In this document: positions 45,131 to 54,360 of the stretch, piece after piece | Layout: the number at the start of each line of letters is the position of its first letter | Numbering within the stretch: the first letter of the stretch is position 1 | From: an uncultured Erysipelotrichaceae bacterium | GTDB lineage: Bacteria; Bacillota_I; Bacilli_A; RFN20; CAG-826 | Assembly (NCBI GenBank): GCA_900316365.1 | Contig: ONCO01000003.1 | Coordinates: 26,825-90,824 of the forward strand | DNA length: 64,000 bases | Direction: 5' to 3' | Notes under the pieces: model-generated | Database searches by the model: none | Seen by the model: only the letters and a program-made list of their open reading frames with translations | Told to the model about the DNA's origin: nothing | Program-made: the position numbers and the translations under genes

Positions 45131-46753
45131 ATGTTTGGGATCGACTTCGGCTATACCACCTTTGCCTTCCTTATCTTTTTCGCCGTTGTCGTAATCCTTT
45201 ATTGGGTCACGCCTAGGAAATATCGATACATAACCCTCTTAATTGCCTCATTGGCCTTCTATGCCTTGCTGAGTTGGCAATCGCTTTTCTTCATCGCCGG
45301 GACGATAGTGTCCATGTATTTCTTCGCTCGGGCGATAAGCAAAAACGCCTCCGAATCCAAGGCCTATATCCAAGAGCATAAAGGCGAAATGAGCCTTGAG
45401 GAGAAGAAGTCCTATAAAGAGAAAAACCGCAAGATCCGGAAAAGATACATGGTGCTCGCGGTCGTTATTAACCTCTTGATGCTGGGCGTCATGAAGTATA
45501 CGGACTTTATGATCGGAAACATCAACGGCATCATCCATTGGTTTAACCCTAACTTCAGCTTCGCCTTCCTCCATCTCTTCTTGCCATTAGGGATTTCCTT
45601 CTACGTCTTCCAGGCCATCGCCTATATCGTCGATGTCTACTGGGGCAAGATCGAGGCGGAGGCAAACTTCGCTAAATTCGCTTTGTTCCTTTGCTATTTC
45701 CCGAAGGTCATGCAAGGTCCGATCGTCCGTTATGACGAGATGAAGGAAGCCTTATTCGGCGAGCACGTTTTCGACTATGACACCTTCGCGATGGGCCTAA
45801 TCAGAGCGGCTTGGGGTTATTTCAAGAAATTGGTCATCGCCGACACTTTGATTACCTTCATCAAATTCGGCTTCGGCTACGTTGACGAATTATCCAATAT
45901 CGAGGCATTCCTGGTTATTTTGTTCTATTTCATCCAGGACTATTGCGACTTCTCTGGCTACATGGATATCTCCATCGGCATCTCCCAATCCATGGGCGTC
46001 AAACTCCCAGAGAACTTCGCCCGCCCATACTTAAGCCGCGGCATCGACGAATATTGGAGAAGGTGGCATATGACCTTAGGCGCTTGGTTTAAGGATTACG
46101 TCTTCTATCCTCTATCCATCTCCAAGTTATCCCTTAATATCGGCAGAGCCTCCAAGAAGGTAATGCCGGAATTCGGCAAAAAGATTCCGGCGGTTTTCGG
46201 TTTGATAATCGTCTGGTTCCTGACCGGCTTATGGCACGGCGCCAGCTGGAATTATGTGCTTTGGGGCCTATATTACGGGGCGATAATCATCCTCTCAGTT
46301 GCCTTTGATCCTTTGACTAAGAAGTTCTATGCCTCGACCCATATCAAAGAAAAGAAAGTCCTTGGTAAACTTTGGGCCATCTTCCAGTGGCTTAGGACGA
46401 TCTTGCTTTTGGCCATCGGCAAAATCATTTTCATGGCCCCGAGCGTCGAAGAAGCTTGGAAACTTGTCGCCAAGATGTTCGCCTTTGGCGATTACGACGT
46501 GACAATCACCAACGTTAACAACCAGATTGGCTATATCTCTATGATCGTAGCCCTTGTCTGCTTTATCGCGGTGGTGGTCGTCGATCTTATTGAGGAATTC
46601 AAACTCAAGGGAGAACTCCTCTTGCCGTATTTCTATAAGAAACCGCTGTACGTGCGCTGGCCTCTTCTGCTCGCCTTGTTGGTCATCATCATCTGGTTCG
46701 GCTATTACGGTTCCGGCCTGCAGCATTTTGAGTTCGGTTATGCGCAATTCTAG
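45131..46753 (+). CDS. dltB: MBOAT family O-acyltransferase (DltB/AlgI-like), 540 aa
   Basis: Polytopic. MBOAT His motif WRRWHMTLGAWFKDYVFYPL. Charged insertion SESKAYIQEHKGEMSLEEKKSYKEKNRKIRKR after TM2-3. Confidence 0.7.
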   Translation: MFGIDFGYTTFAFLIFFAVVVILYWVTPRKYRYITLLIASLAFYALLSWQSLFFIAGTIVSMYFFARAISKNASESKAYIQEHKGEMSLEEKKSYKEKNRKIRKRYMVLAVVINLLMLGVMKYTDFMIGNINGIIHWFNPNFSFAFLHLFLPLGISFYVFQAIAYIVDVYWGKIEAEANFAKFALFLCYFPKVMQGPIVRYDEMKEALFGEHVFDYDTFAMGLIRAAWGYFKKLVIADTLITFIKFGFGYVDELSNIEAFLVILFYFIQDYCDFSGYMDISIGISQSMGVKLPENFARPYLSRGIDEYWRRWHMTLGAWFKDYVFYPLSISKLSLNIGRASKKVMPEFGKKIPAVFGLIIVWFLTGLWHGASWNYVLWGLYYGAIIILSVAFDPLTKKFYASTHIKEKKVLGKLWAIFQWLRTILLLAIGKIIFMAPSVEEAWKLVAKMFAFGDYDVTITNVNNQIGYISMIVALVCFIAVVVVDLIEEFKLKGELLLPYFYKKPLYVRWPLLLALLVIIIWFGYYGSGLQHFEFGYAQF

Positions 46754-46764
46754 GGAGGTAAACG

Positions 46765-47880
46765 ATGAATAAGAATGTGAAAAACGTCATTAAGTTTGCT
46801 ACATTTGTCGCTCTTTTCGTCGGCATCATAACTCCGATAGCCCATTTCCTTTTCGTTCCGCTTAACTCCGACATCACCTCTTACGGCTCCTTCTATAAGG
46901 AAAAAGAGAACTCTTTGGACTTGGTCATGGTGGGCTCCTCGACCGTCCGCGATGGCTTTAGCCCCTTAGAGGCTTACCACGAATACGGCATCACCTCCCA
47001 CTCAGTCAATTCCTCGCCGACGCATCTAGAAGTCATCAAAATCGCCTTGGAGGAGATTGAAAGGGTCCAAAGCCCGAAGGTCGTCTACGTCGACCTCAAC
47101 GGTTTGAATAACCAAACCAAGGACTCCGCTCCATCTTTCGTCCAGGATTATTACGACTGCATGCCGGAAGGCGCAGCCAAAAACGCGATCGCTGAAAAAT
47201 ATAGCTACATCAAAACCAAAGAAGAATGGGAATTCTTCGCCCATCATAATGGCTTCAGACAGCAGATTTATTGGGAGTCTTTCGTCTATAACAAACAGCT
47301 TTATACCAAAGGCTATTTCCCTAATGACACTGCGGTTAAGGGCTTAAAGGTCAATAGTGTCGCCAAAGAGAATCCAGCTGACACCCCAACCATCAGCGCC
47401 GACGGCCGTCAGTATCTTAAGGATATATTGGAGATAGCCACCAAATATAAAGACAAAACCCACTTTATCTTCGGTCAGATGCCTCGTTACCTCCAAAACG
47501 GCATCGCCAGTTTCGACCTTTATCAGATCCATGACCCTTTGACCGCCTATTACATGGTGAGAAGCGTTAGGACTGAGGTCGAAGAAGCCGGCTTTGAATT
47601 CGTTGAGTGGTGCGACACGGATTTCTTATCCAACACCCTTATGCTGGATCCGAAGAAAGACCAATTCGATGCCGAGCACCTGAATCATCTAGGGGCCAAG
47701 AAATTCACCGCCTATTTCTCCAAATACCTCATGGATAATTACCTCGAGGGCTCCATCGTTGACGGAAAAGAGCGAATGATCCATAGCCAAGAGATCGAGG
47801 AGGATTTCCAAAACAGTTATGAAGGCTATCTTGGAGTAGTGGCCCCGATCGAAAAGAAGCTGGGCATGAAGGCGAAATAA
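46765..47880 (+). CDS. dltD: DltD-like SGNH-fold protein with N-terminal TM anchor
   Basis: 371 aa. Candidate nucleophile block LVMVGSSTVRDG and C-terminal D..H block (DAEHLNHLG). Position after the MBOAT matches dltD. Confidence 0.55.
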   Translation: MNKNVKNVIKFATFVALFVGIITPIAHFLFVPLNSDITSYGSFYKEKENSLDLVMVGSSTVRDGFSPLEAYHEYGITSHSVNSSPTHLEVIKIALEEIERVQSPKVVYVDLNGLNNQTKDSAPSFVQDYYDCMPEGAAKNAIAEKYSYIKTKEEWEFFAHHNGFRQQIYWESFVYNKQLYTKGYFPNDTAVKGLKVNSVAKENPADTPTISADGRQYLKDILEIATKYKDKTHFIFGQMPRYLQNGIASFDLYQIHDPLTAYYMVRSVRTEVEEAGFEFVEWCDTDFLSNTLMLDPKKDQFDAEHLNHLGAKKFTAYFSKYLMDNYLEGSIVDGKERMIHSQEIEEDFQNSYEGYLGVVAPIEKKLGMKAK

Positions 47881-47887
47881 AAGAAAA

Positions 47888-47913
47888 GGAGCACCACGGG
47901 GTGCTCCTTTTTG
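47888..47913. terminator. bidirectional terminator (dltD / aminopeptidase)
   Basis: GGAGCACC-acgg-GGTGCTCC with A-rich and T-rich flanks. Confidence 0.8.
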
Positions 47914-47921
47914 CGTTTTCC

Positions 47922-49289
47922 TTAGGCGAGCAAGAACGCTTTATAAGCGAGGTAGGCCTCGTAGACGTCCGCCTTAGAGACGAGCTCGAGAGGGGAGTGC
48001 ATGGAGAGGACTGGAACGCCGGCATCGACGACATACATGTTGTAGTTGCCGAGGATATAGGCGATGGTTCCTCCGCCACCGGCATCGACCTTGCCGAGTT
48101 CGGCGGTCTGGTAGTGGATTTCGTTCTCATCCATGACTTTGCGGATGAAGGCGAAGTATTCCGGCATCGCGTCATTGCAGCCGGATTTGCCACGGGCACC
48201 GGTGTACTTGTTAAAGACAAGACCTTTGCCGAAGTAGCAGGAGTTATTCGGTTCGCAGACGGAGGCATAGATTGGGTCAACGGCCGCGGAGACGTCGCTG
48301 GAGAGCATCTTGGTGTTGGTCATCGCGTGACGGACGCAGAGATTGCTTTCCTTGCCTTCGAGGGCGAGGAGCTCGGCGACGGTATTCTCAAACCAAGCGG
48401 ACTGAGCGCCGGTGGCACCGATGGAGCCGACTTCTTCCTTATCGACGAGAACGACGACGGAAGCATATTCTGGAACTTCCTTCTCGTCCAAAACGGCGCG
48501 GAGGGAAGTGTAGGCGCAGACCTTATCGTCATGGCCATAAGCGGCGACCATGGAACGATCTAAGCCGTAGTCACGGGCTGGGCCGGCTGGGACAGCGGTG
48601 AGTTCGGCGGAGAGGAAGTCTTCTTCCTCCATGTCATATTTCTCTTTGAGAAGCTTGAGGATAGTCGCTTTGACTGGATCAGCTTCGACATCCTTTTCTG
48701 GGATGGAGCCGACGTTGATGTCGAGGTTCTCGCCTTCGACGACCTTGTTGGCCGGCTTGCTCATCAAATCGCCGGAGAGGTGGATGAGAAGGTCGGTGAC
48801 GCCGACGACTGGGTCGGTTGGGTCTTCGCCGATGGCCACGTCAACGTGGGAGCCGTCTTTCTTGTAGACGACGCCATGGATGGCGAGTGGGGTGGTGACA
48901 TAAAGGTATTTCTTGATGCCGCCGTAATAATGGGTTTCGAAATAAGCGAGGCCGCCCTTTTCGGTTAATGGGTTCTGCTTGATATCAAGGCGCGGGGAAT
49001 CGATGTGGGCGCCGAGAACTCTCATGCCCTCTTCGATGGATTTCTTGCCGATGATGACGGCGAGGAAGTTCTTGTCTTTGTTGACGGCGTAGATCCTATC
49101 GCCAGGTTTGACGGACTTGACGTCCTCTAGGTTTTTGAAGCCAGCGGCTTCGGCGAGCTTAATGGCCTCTTTGGTCGCGGTTCTCTCCGTCTTGGCGATG
49201 GATAAGAACGCTTTGTAGTCTTCATTGAAGGAGAAGATGCTTTCTTTCTTTTCGGAACTTGCATCTGTCCAAACGTTTTTTGCGTACAT
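47922..49289 (-). CDS. M18 family aminopeptidase
   Basis: 455 aa. M18/aminopeptidase-I-like blocks (VLGAHIDSPRLD, VVLVDKEEVGS, SMHSPLE). Confidence 0.8.
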   Translation of the reverse strand: MYAKNVWTDASSEKKESIFSFNEDYKAFLSIAKTERTATKEAIKLAEAAGFKNLEDVKSVKPGDRIYAVNKDKNFLAVIIGKKSIEEGMRVLGAHIDSPRLDIKQNPLTEKGGLAYFETHYYGGIKKYLYVTTPLAIHGVVYKKDGSHVDVAIGEDPTDPVVGVTDLLIHLSGDLMSKPANKVVEGENLDINVGSIPEKDVEADPVKATILKLLKEKYDMEEEDFLSAELTAVPAGPARDYGLDRSMVAAYGHDDKVCAYTSLRAVLDEKEVPEYASVVVLVDKEEVGSIGATGAQSAWFENTVAELLALEGKESNLCVRHAMTNTKMLSSDVSAAVDPIYASVCEPNNSCYFGKGLVFNKYTGARGKSGCNDAMPEYFAFIRKVMDENEIHYQTAELGKVDAGGGGTIAYILGNYNMYVVDAGVPVLSMHSPLELVSKADVYEAYLAYKAFLLA

Positions 49290-49395
49290 GTGTTTACCTC
49301 CTTAAAGCCTTGTCAGTATACCCCGTAAAAATGTTTCTAAAAGAAAAATGACTACTTTTGCTTCATTTCCTAGCACTTTGTGATTCAATTTCCTC

Positions 49396-50037
49396 ATGGT
49401 TAATTTGAATCAAGCCTCTTTAGATAAGCTCCTCGCCTTTGTTAAGGAGAGATTTTCCGGTGACTCTTCTGGTCACGATTATTTCCACACACTCAGGGTC
49501 TATAAGATGGCGATGAATATCCAAAAGAAAGAAGGGGGCGATGAAGAAATCATTGCCTACGCTTCTTTGTTACATGACGTTGATGACCATAAGTTATTCC
49601 CTAATGGACATGCGGCGAAAGACTACCTTGAAGGTGAAGGTTTCGCCTTTACAAAAGTAGAGAGAATTCTAAAGATAATCAAAGACGTTTCCTATAAAGG
49701 AAGCGACTCCGTTTCACCAGACACCTTAGAAGGTCAAATCGTCCAGGATGCAGATAGGTTAGATGCGATAGGTGCCTTAGGTATCGCGAGGGCTTTTGCC
49801 TATGGTGGCTCTAAGCATAGGGTCATGCATGATCCAGACGTCAAACCAAAGCTTTTCATGAACGAGAAAGAGACCTTTGCCCATGAAGGAACGAGCGTGA
49901 ATCATTTCTACGAAAAACTCCTCAAGCTCAAAGGCATGATGAATACCAAAACCGCGAAGGAAATCGCGGAAGAGAGAACGAAATATATGGAAAACTACCT
50001 CGAGGAATTCTTCGCCGAATGGGATGGCGTAAGGTAG
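49396..50037 (+). CDS. HD-domain phosphohydrolase
   Basis: 213 aa. H…HD motif (GHDYFHTLRV…LLHDVDDHK) and downstream D (VQDADRLDA). Confidence 0.8.
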   Translation: MVNLNQASLDKLLAFVKERFSGDSSGHDYFHTLRVYKMAMNIQKKEGGDEEIIAYASLLHDVDDHKLFPNGHAAKDYLEGEGFAFTKVERILKIIKDVSYKGSDSVSPDTLEGQIVQDADRLDAIGALGIARAFAYGGSKHRVMHDPDVKPKLFMNEKETFAHEGTSVNHFYEKLLKLKGMMNTKTAKEIAEERTKYMENYLEEFFAEWDGVR

Positions 50038-50141
50038 CGATAATCCGATAGCAATAGACATACATGTCGGAGAATCGGTATCGGTAAATCCCAATTTTGC
50101 AAAGTTAACCTTATAGGCAATCGTAAGATTGTCGTTTGTTT

Positions 50142-50155
50142 TGTAAACGGTTTCA
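50142..50155. promoter_or_regulatory. catabolite-responsive element (cre)
   Basis: TGTAAACGGTTTCA matches TGWAANCGNTNWCA at all constrained positions, 40 nt upstream of the GH43 start. Confidence 0.6.
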
Positions 50156-50194
50156 TTTTCAATAAACGTAACGTTTTATGGAGCAGCCCAAAAA

Positions 50195-51736
50195 ATGAAA
50201 AATAAGTTGTTTAAATTCCTTTGCCCAGCGGCGGTTCTTCTTTCTTTAACCGCCTGCACCGGCATGAAGCCTAATTCAAAGCCCAAAGATGAGGCTGTAG
50301 AGGCGCATAGCAAATTAGCCAGCATGGATGAAGAAGAAGCGGCGGCGATCAAAGAAGAAATCAAGATCGTCGGCGAAGACGCGATCTACGGCAACGTCTA
50401 TCTTCCAACCGAATATGATGGCGCGACCATCTTCTGGAGAAGCAGCAACCCAGACATGGTTTCCTACGAAGACGATGGCAATCTCAAAGCCGGTATCGTC
50501 ACTAGAGGCGAAGAAGACACCAAAGTCACCATGAAGGCCTACATCGAGAAAGATGGTAAAGGCGCGGTCATGGAACAGGAAATCAACGTCCTCGCGGCCC
50601 CAGCGGAATTAACCGACGATGACTTCGAAGGCTATATGTTCGCCCACTTCATCGGCGAGAATGGCCACGGCCAGGCCGGTGAGCAGATGTACTTCGCCCT
50701 CGCGGAAGATGGCTTCAAGTTCAACGACATCAACTACAAGAACGGTTCCTTACAGCCGGTCCTCACCAGCACCGTTGGTGAAAAAGGCGTCAGAGACCCA
50801 TATATCTGCCGTTCCCACGAAGGCGATAAGTTCTTCATGCTCGCGACCGACCTTTCCATCTATAACAGAGGTGGTTGGGGAACCTCGGCAGGCCAAAACG
50901 CTTCCAAGGAAGGCAGCTACAACTTAATCAAATGGGAATCCACCGACCTTGTTAATTGGGGCGAGCCAGAGGAAATCAAAGTCGCCCCAGAGAACGCTGG
51001 TATGGCCTGGGCCCCTGAGATGGTCTACTGCGAAGAGACCGGCGAATATGTCATCATCTCCTCTTCCTCCATCGTTAACGAGAATCGTTCTGCGAAGACC
51101 CTTCCAGACCACATCTATTACGTAACCACCCGTGACTTCAAGCACTTCTCCGAATCCAAGCCATTCCTCCTTGGCCAGCCAAAAAACCCAAGCACTTTGG
51201 AATATTCCGATGATGGCAAGGCCGATATGTCCGATAGACGCTTAATCATCGACGCCTCCGTCTTACGCGTTGGTGATTACTACTACTGCGCGGCCAAAGA
51301 CGGCGACAACAACGAAGCCAACGGTAACATCCGCCTCTTCAGAAGCGAAACCTTATTCGACTGGAGATCCTGGGAATATGTCACCGACTTAGACGAACTC
51401 GGCATCGCCCCAAATAACTCCCGCGATGGCATTGGCAGATTCGACAACTCCCAGCTTGAAGGTCCAGAGCTCTTCCGCTTCAACAAGAAGGATTGGGCCA
51501 GTGAAGATACTCCAGAATATGGCATCATGGCTGACCGCTATAAGAGACAGGACCTCGGCTACCTCCCATTCAAGACCACCGACTTCGAAGATAGAAAGAA
51601 CGAGAATGGCTCTTGGTCCATCCTCAACAAGAGTCAATACGCCTTCCAAGGCGGCACCTATCGTCACGGCTCGGTCATGAATATCACCGCGGCTGAAATG
51701 GAAAGACTCAAAGAAGCCTATCCAGCCAAGAACTAA
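50195..51736 (+). CDS. glycoside hydrolase family 43 lipoprotein with N-terminal Ig-like module
   Basis: Lipobox LSLTAC. GH43 propeller blocks (VRDPYICR, FFMLATD, MAWAPEM, LEGPELF). Confidence 0.8.
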   Translation: MKNKLFKFLCPAAVLLSLTACTGMKPNSKPKDEAVEAHSKLASMDEEEAAAIKEEIKIVGEDAIYGNVYLPTEYDGATIFWRSSNPDMVSYEDDGNLKAGIVTRGEEDTKVTMKAYIEKDGKGAVMEQEINVLAAPAELTDDDFEGYMFAHFIGENGHGQAGEQMYFALAEDGFKFNDINYKNGSLQPVLTSTVGEKGVRDPYICRSHEGDKFFMLATDLSIYNRGGWGTSAGQNASKEGSYNLIKWESTDLVNWGEPEEIKVAPENAGMAWAPEMVYCEETGEYVIISSSSIVNENRSAKTLPDHIYYVTTRDFKHFSESKPFLLGQPKNPSTLEYSDDGKADMSDRRLIIDASVLRVGDYYYCAAKDGDNNEANGNIRLFRSETLFDWRSWEYVTDLDELGIAPNNSRDGIGRFDNSQLEGPELFRFNKKDWASEDTPEYGIMADRYKRQDLGYLPFKTTDFEDRKNENGSWSILNKSQYAFQGGTYRHGSVMNITAAEMERLKEAYPAKN

Positions 51737-51755
51737 CTAACCTCCTAAAAGGAAG

Positions 51756-51788
51756 GCGGCGTACCCGTTGGTGCGTCGTTTTTCTTTA
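51756..51788 (+). terminator. intrinsic terminator after GH43 gene
   Basis: GCGGCGTACC-cgtt-GGTGCGTCGT (with G-T pairs) followed by TTTTTC. Confidence 0.7.
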
Positions 51789-51876
51789 TCCTAAAGCACG
51801 GCATATAAAAAATTTTTCTTCGATTTCATCGATGTTTTGAGGAGCATTAATGCCCTAAAGTATTGACAAAAATGCT

Positions 51877-52794
51877 ATGGTTATGGCGATGAAAAACACA
51901 TTGAAGAACTTATTAATCCTGACCAGTGCCTTCGCCTTAACAGGATGCGGGCCAAAAGAAGCGGATGACGGCAAACTCAAAGTCTATGCCTCCTGCTACC
52001 CTGTCTATGACTTCCTTAAGCAGATCGGCGGCGAGAATATCCACGCCTATATGCTTCCAACCCCAGGGTTAGAGCCACATGAATATGAGCCTACCGCGAG
52101 AGACTTAACCAAGCTCATGGACGCGGACGCTTTCTTTGCCAACGGTTTAGGCATGGAGAAATGGCTCAACAAGCTTGACGGCGATATGGCTTCTAGCGAT
52201 GCGGAAAAAATTAAAAAGAAAACCACCTATCTTGGCGATAACCTCGGCGAGTTAAAGATGAGCGTCGATGGAGTGGTGGATCCTCACGCCTGGTTATCCA
52301 CCGTCTGCGCGGATCTTTATGGCAAATATATCTATGAGAAACTTAGCGACCTCGATAAGGAGAACGCCGAAATCTATAAAGCCAACTACGAGGCGGTGAA
52401 TAGGAAAATGGAAACCTTAACCAATGACCTCAAAGAAGGCGTTAAGGAAATTACGAATAAGAAGTTGGTCGTCTCCCATGCCGCGTTTGGCTATTTCGCC
52501 AATCAGTTTGGCTTTGAGCAGATCTATTTAAGCGGCCTTGCCAGCGAAGAGGTCACCGTCCGTGACGTCGAACGCGTCATCAATGAAATCAAAGAGAACG
52601 ACATCAAGACCGTTTATGCGGAAGAATTAGATGGTTCAGACGCCTTAGACCGTATCCAGCAAGAGACCGGCGTTGCCATCAAAGTCCTTAATCCGATTGA
52701 GACCCTTACCAAAGAGGATATGGATAAGGGAGAAGATTATTACTCGATTATGAGGAAAAACCTCGCTACCCTTAAAGAGGGTGACCTCAAATGA
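51877..52794 (+). CDS. metal (Zn/Mn-type) ABC transporter substrate-binding lipoprotein, TroA/ZnuA fold
   Basis: Lipobox ALTGC. Metal-ligand contexts (EPHEYEP, DPHAW). The start is ambiguous among ATGs at 51877, 51883 and 51889. Confidence 0.8.
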   Translation: MVMAMKNTLKNLLILTSAFALTGCGPKEADDGKLKVYASCYPVYDFLKQIGGENIHAYMLPTPGLEPHEYEPTARDLTKLMDADAFFANGLGMEKWLNKLDGDMASSDAEKIKKKTTYLGDNLGELKMSVDGVVDPHAWLSTVCADLYGKYIYEKLSDLDKENAEIYKANYEAVNRKMETLTNDLKEGVKEITNKKLVVSHAAFGYFANQFGFEQIYLSGLASEEVTVRDVERVINEIKENDIKTVYAEELDGSDALDRIQQETGVAIKVLNPIETLTKEDMDKGEDYYSIMRKNLATLKEGDLK

Positions 52795-53444
52795 TTTTAC
52801 TGGAGAATGTATCGTTTTCATTCAAAGATGGCGAGATTCTGCATGATGTGAATCTCGAGGTTAAGAATGGCCAGTTCGTCGGTGTCATCGGAGCGAATGG
52901 CGCGGGTAAGACCACGCTTATCCGCTTGATGCTCGGCCTTTTAAAGCCGTCTTCCGGCAAGGTTGTCATCGATGAGAAGAGCGTCGCTTATGTCGCCCAG
53001 ACGACATCTTTAAATGATGGCTCCTTCCCGGCAACCGTAGAAGAAGTTGTCTATTTAGGCCTCGCCAAGATGAAGCCGACCTTATTCTCTTATAGGAACA
53101 ATAAGAAGAAGCTTAACGACATCTTGGAGGAATTCGGTTTAACCGAGTTCCGCCACCGTTTGGTCAATGAGCTTTCTGGCGGTCAGCTCCAAAGAGTTAA
53201 GATCGCGAAAGCCTTAATCTCCGATCCAAGTCTCATCATTCTTGATGAGCCAGACGCCGGAATGGACCATGAATCCCACGAAAAACTCATCGAGTCCATC
53301 AAGGAACTTAATAAAAAGAAGGGTAAAACCATTGTCTTTATCTCCCACCATCTCCATGACTTAGAAGACGCGGACGCGATCTTCCAGGTCAAAGCCGGTG
53401 TGGTTTCTACATTCGAAGGAGGCGACGAACATGCTGCATTATGA
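52791..53444 (+). CDS. metal ABC transporter ATP-binding protein
   Basis: Walker A GANGAGKTT, signature LSGGQLQR, Walker B IILDEPDAG. Confidence 0.9.
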   Translation: MILLENVSFSFKDGEILHDVNLEVKNGQFVGVIGANGAGKTTLIRLMLGLLKPSSGKVVIDEKSVAYVAQTTSLNDGSFPATVEEVVYLGLAKMKPTLFSYRNNKKKLNDILEEFGLTEFRHRLVNELSGGQLQRVKIAKALISDPSLIILDEPDAGMDHESHEKLIESIKELNKKKGKTIVFISHHLHDLEDADAIFQVKAGVVSTFEGGDEHAAL

Positions 53445-54249
53445 GTTCATGCGCATCGCCTTGGTGGTCGGTATCCTTTTGGGTATCTCGATTCCGCTTG
53501 TTGGCTCGACCGCGGTCTTTAAAAGACTCTCCGCTTCTGGTGATGCGTTAGCCCATTCTTCCCTGGCTGGTGTAGCCATCGGTTTGGCCGCCGGATTAAA
53601 CCCATTAATCATCTCAATCATCGCCTGCGTGGTGTCGTTTTTGATAATCGAAATCATCCGCAAGAGATTCGCCAAATATAGCGAATTAGGGGTAGCGGTG
53701 GTGCTTTCTTTGTCCGTTGGCCTGGCTGGTATCCTCATGAATTACTCCAAGACCGGCAATATCGAATCCTACCTTTTTGGCTCCATCCTTTTGGTCAATA
53801 ACCTTGAGTTATATCTGGCTATTGGAATGACGGTTTTAGTCATCATCTTCTACGTCTTGTTCCATTCGCAGATCTTCTCTTATATCTACAACGAATCCGA
53901 GGCTAAGGTTCAGGGTGTCAAAGTTGGCGCGCTTAACTTCGTTCAGTCCTTGCTCCTATCTTTGGTTATCGCCATCTCCGCGAAAACGATTGGTTCCTTA
54001 GTAGTCTCTAGCCTTATCGCCATCCCGGTCGCAGCTTCCCTCCAGCTAAAGCTGGGTTATAAGATGACCTTGGTTACTTCGGTAATCATCTCCGTCCTCT
54101 CGGTAGTCCTTGGCATTGTCGTGGCTTATTACGCGAATTTCACTCCAGGCGCGACCATCGCCCTCATCGCGGTCGCCTTGCTTTTCTTGCTTATCTTTTT
54201 CCGAGTGGCAAAAGACTTTTTCTCGCGTTTAGCGAGAGCAAAGAAATAG
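53431..54249 (+). CDS. metal ABC transporter permease (ZnuB/TroC-type)
   Basis: Start moved to ATG 53431 (MLHYEFMRIAL…), overlapping the ATPase stop. Polytopic. Confidence 0.85.
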   Translation: MLHYEFMRIALVVGILLGISIPLVGSTAVFKRLSASGDALAHSSLAGVAIGLAAGLNPLIISIIACVVSFLIIEIIRKRFAKYSELGVAVVLSLSVGLAGILMNYSKTGNIESYLFGSILLVNNLELYLAIGMTVLVIIFYVLFHSQIFSYIYNESEAKVQGVKVGALNFVQSLLLSLVIAISAKTIGSLVVSSLIAIPVAASLQLKLGYKMTLVTSVIISVLSVVLGIVVAYYANFTPGATIALIAVALLFLLIFFRVAKDFFSRLARAKK

Positions 54250-54256
54250 ACAAAGT

Positions 54257-54296
54257 GCCCTCTTTTCGCTTTTTTGACGGCGGAGAGGGCTTTTTC
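54257..54296 (+). terminator. intrinsic terminator after metal ABC operon
   Basis: GCCCTCT…AGAGGGC followed by TTTTTC (large loop). Confidence 0.6.
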
Positions 54297-54360
54297 TATG
54301 TCCCAATCATAGTTACTAAAACTATGATAAAGGCCATTTACTGGCTATAATTTGTCTTAC

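Noticed and set aside
47729-48563. Long ORFs 47901-48563 (+, 220 aa) and 47729-48280 (-, 183 aa) overlapping the aminopeptidase gene
   Set aside because: These are off-frame or antisense shadows of the well-supported M18 aminopeptidase ORF (47922-49289). Their translations are low-complexity (Gly/Asp/Val-rich or Ser/Pro/Thr-rich) with no SD.
51790-51876. Zur/AdcR-type operator upstream of the metal ABC importer (palindromes TCGAT-TTC-ATCGA and GCATTAATGC)
   Set aside because: These are short palindromes in an AT-rich spacer. Neither matches a consensus I can name with confidence, so no regulatory site is called.
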